Source: Clostridia bacterium (lineage in GTDB: Bacteria > Bacillota > Clostridia > RUG12999). Taken from it: a stretch of 57,244 bases of DNA. The stretch covers positions 1-57,244 of the forward strand of contig JAZNOL010000014.1 of assembly GCA_045580815.1 (NCBI GenBank), given 5' to 3'. Made by a program: the position numbers and the translations under genes. The notes under the pieces are model-generated. The model was not told the DNA's origin. It ran no database searches and saw only the letters and a list, made by a program, of their open reading frames with translations. Below, piece by piece: positions 56,251 to 57,244 of this stretch (position 1 is its first letter; every line of letters begins with the position of its first letter).

Positions 56251-56344
56251 GTAGGGACATAAATAATCGCCCCGGAGTACGGACAATTTTCAGACCGTCC
56301 CCACAATCATTGTGGATTCCTACCCCTCATTTGAGGGGTAGGAA
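56251..56344. repeat. REP-like inverted pair plus a perfect hairpin in the intergenic region
   Basis: GTAGGGAC(56251)...GTCCCCAC(56304) inverted ends with internal GC palindromes; CCACAAT-C-ATTGTGG; TTCCTACCCCTC-ATTT-GAGGGGTAGGAA (56317-56344). Confidence 0.5.
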
Positions 56345-56359
56345 AACCTATGATTTTAA

Positions 56360-57244
56360 TTATTCTACCGGAATTGCTTCATATGCAGGAGCCGCATCTG
56401 CAAGCTCACCATTCCAGATATAGATTTTTGCAAAAGCACCGGCTGTTTCGTTGAGCACAAAGTCCTCAACAACTTTTTCTGTTAAATCAAGAACCTCTTT
56501 AACCTCAACACTGAGAAGTTCTTTTGTTTCGCCATCATAGTATGCAACAATAACCTGAACCTTTTCTGCGTCAACATCTAATGTATCAGCAGTGAATGAT
56601 ACTGTAAGTTTATCATCAAAAATTGTATAATCAGGTTCTTCCGATACAGGTGTTGTTACAACAAAGTTATCAAAGTAAACAAACTGGTTGTTCTGACCTG
56701 CACCAAAGAGTGCAACTGCCGCTTCGGTCGGAGCATAAGGTGCCGGATCGCTGTAGCTACCTGTCTGAACAACAGCATTTGTAGCTTTGTCTGTTACAGT
56801 CCAGTTAATATCGCCGCCGTTTACATTAAGTTCAACAGAATACCATGTTGACTGTGCAAGCATATTGTTCGCAAGTGTTCCTGTAATAGTAACTTCTGTT
56901 TCAGGAATACGTGTGTATGTGTATGCACCTGTACCATCATCTACACGTTTTGCAAGTGATGTTTTAAGAGTACCGTCAGTATAACCGTTGCCTGCCTGGA
57001 AGTAAAGCTCATAGTAAGCAGCTGTTGTTTTGTCTCCTGTTTTATTGAAGCGGATACCGCCACCGCCCTGAGCATTTACACTATAATAGTCAAATTTATA
57101 AGTATACGGTTTTGTTGCATCAACAACAAGATCTGAGGGTTCAACAGGCACAAAGAATGTGTTGCTGTTGTATGCTGCCTGTGTTTCAACTGCAAGAACA
57201 TTGCTGCCTGACGGACCTGCGATTACAGCCGCACTGGGTACATC
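56360..57244 (-). CDS. C-terminal part of a modular secreted protein (ConA-like module + Ig-like module); 5' end outside the window
   Basis: Frame is open to the window edge (DVPSAAVIAGPSGSNVLAVE...) and clearly paralogous to the third repeat plus Ig-like module of the 1812-aa protein. Confidence 0.85.
   Translation of the reverse strand, partial: DVPSAAVIAGPSGSNVLAVETQAAYNSNTFFVPVEPSDLVVDATKPYTYKFDYYSVNAQGGGGIRFNKTGDKTTAAYYELYFQAGNGYTDGTLKTSLAKRVDDGTGAYTYTRIPETEVTITGTLANNMLAQSTWYSVELNVNGGDINWTVTDKATNAVVQTGSYSDPAPYAPTEAAVALFGAGQNNQFVYFDNFVVTTPVSEEPDYTIFDDKLTVSFTADTLDVDAEKVQVIVAYYDGETKELLSVEVKEVLDLTEKVVEDFVLNETAGAFAKIYIWNGELADAAPAYEAIPVE

Noticed and set aside
239-56984. Numerous 60-260 aa antisense or alternate-frame ORFs in the track (e.g. 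26190-26858, 32080-32658, 45443-46231)
   Set aside because: They lie entirely within well-supported genes, lack RBSs and recognisable motifs, and are typical shadow ORFs.

Overview
57 kb chromosomal window from a low-GC, spore-forming Clostridia-like anaerobe (dpaAB, SLH proteins, class III RNR, Fhs). The taxon is inferred; the SLH/CAZyme-rich architecture is reminiscent of Monoglobus-like gut polysaccharide degraders. The housekeeping scaffold is trkH, tlyA-dxs, mnmE-tsaD-fhs, mecA, dpaAB, nrdDG, cdaR-like regulator-ftsEX-M23 peptidase, pncB, two cyclophilins and argH. Embedded in it are: (1) a tightly coupled 7-gene operon (8986-16500, minus strand) combining a FecCD-type ABC importer, an ABC ATPase fused to a TM1266-like domain, a HydE-like radical SAM enzyme, a NifH-like reductase and two divergent NifD/K-like subunits. 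It is driven by a perfect sigmaA promoter through a structured leader ending in an intrinsic terminator that I cannot match to a known riboswitch. This is the best candidate for an undescribed system. (2) Large secreted or SLH-anchored modular proteins (GH43, SGNH esterases, GH51-like, plus a cytoplasmic GH106-like enzyme) that share two recurrent unnamed modules; one appears only in proteins lacking SLH domains. (3) A compact DnaA-box cluster between tsaD and fhs, tandem NrdR boxes before nrdD, an orphan FnlA-like gene and a REP-like palindrome pair. No tRNA, rRNA, CRISPR array, transposase or integrase was recognised. All family calls come from motif recognition by eye, not from database searches.
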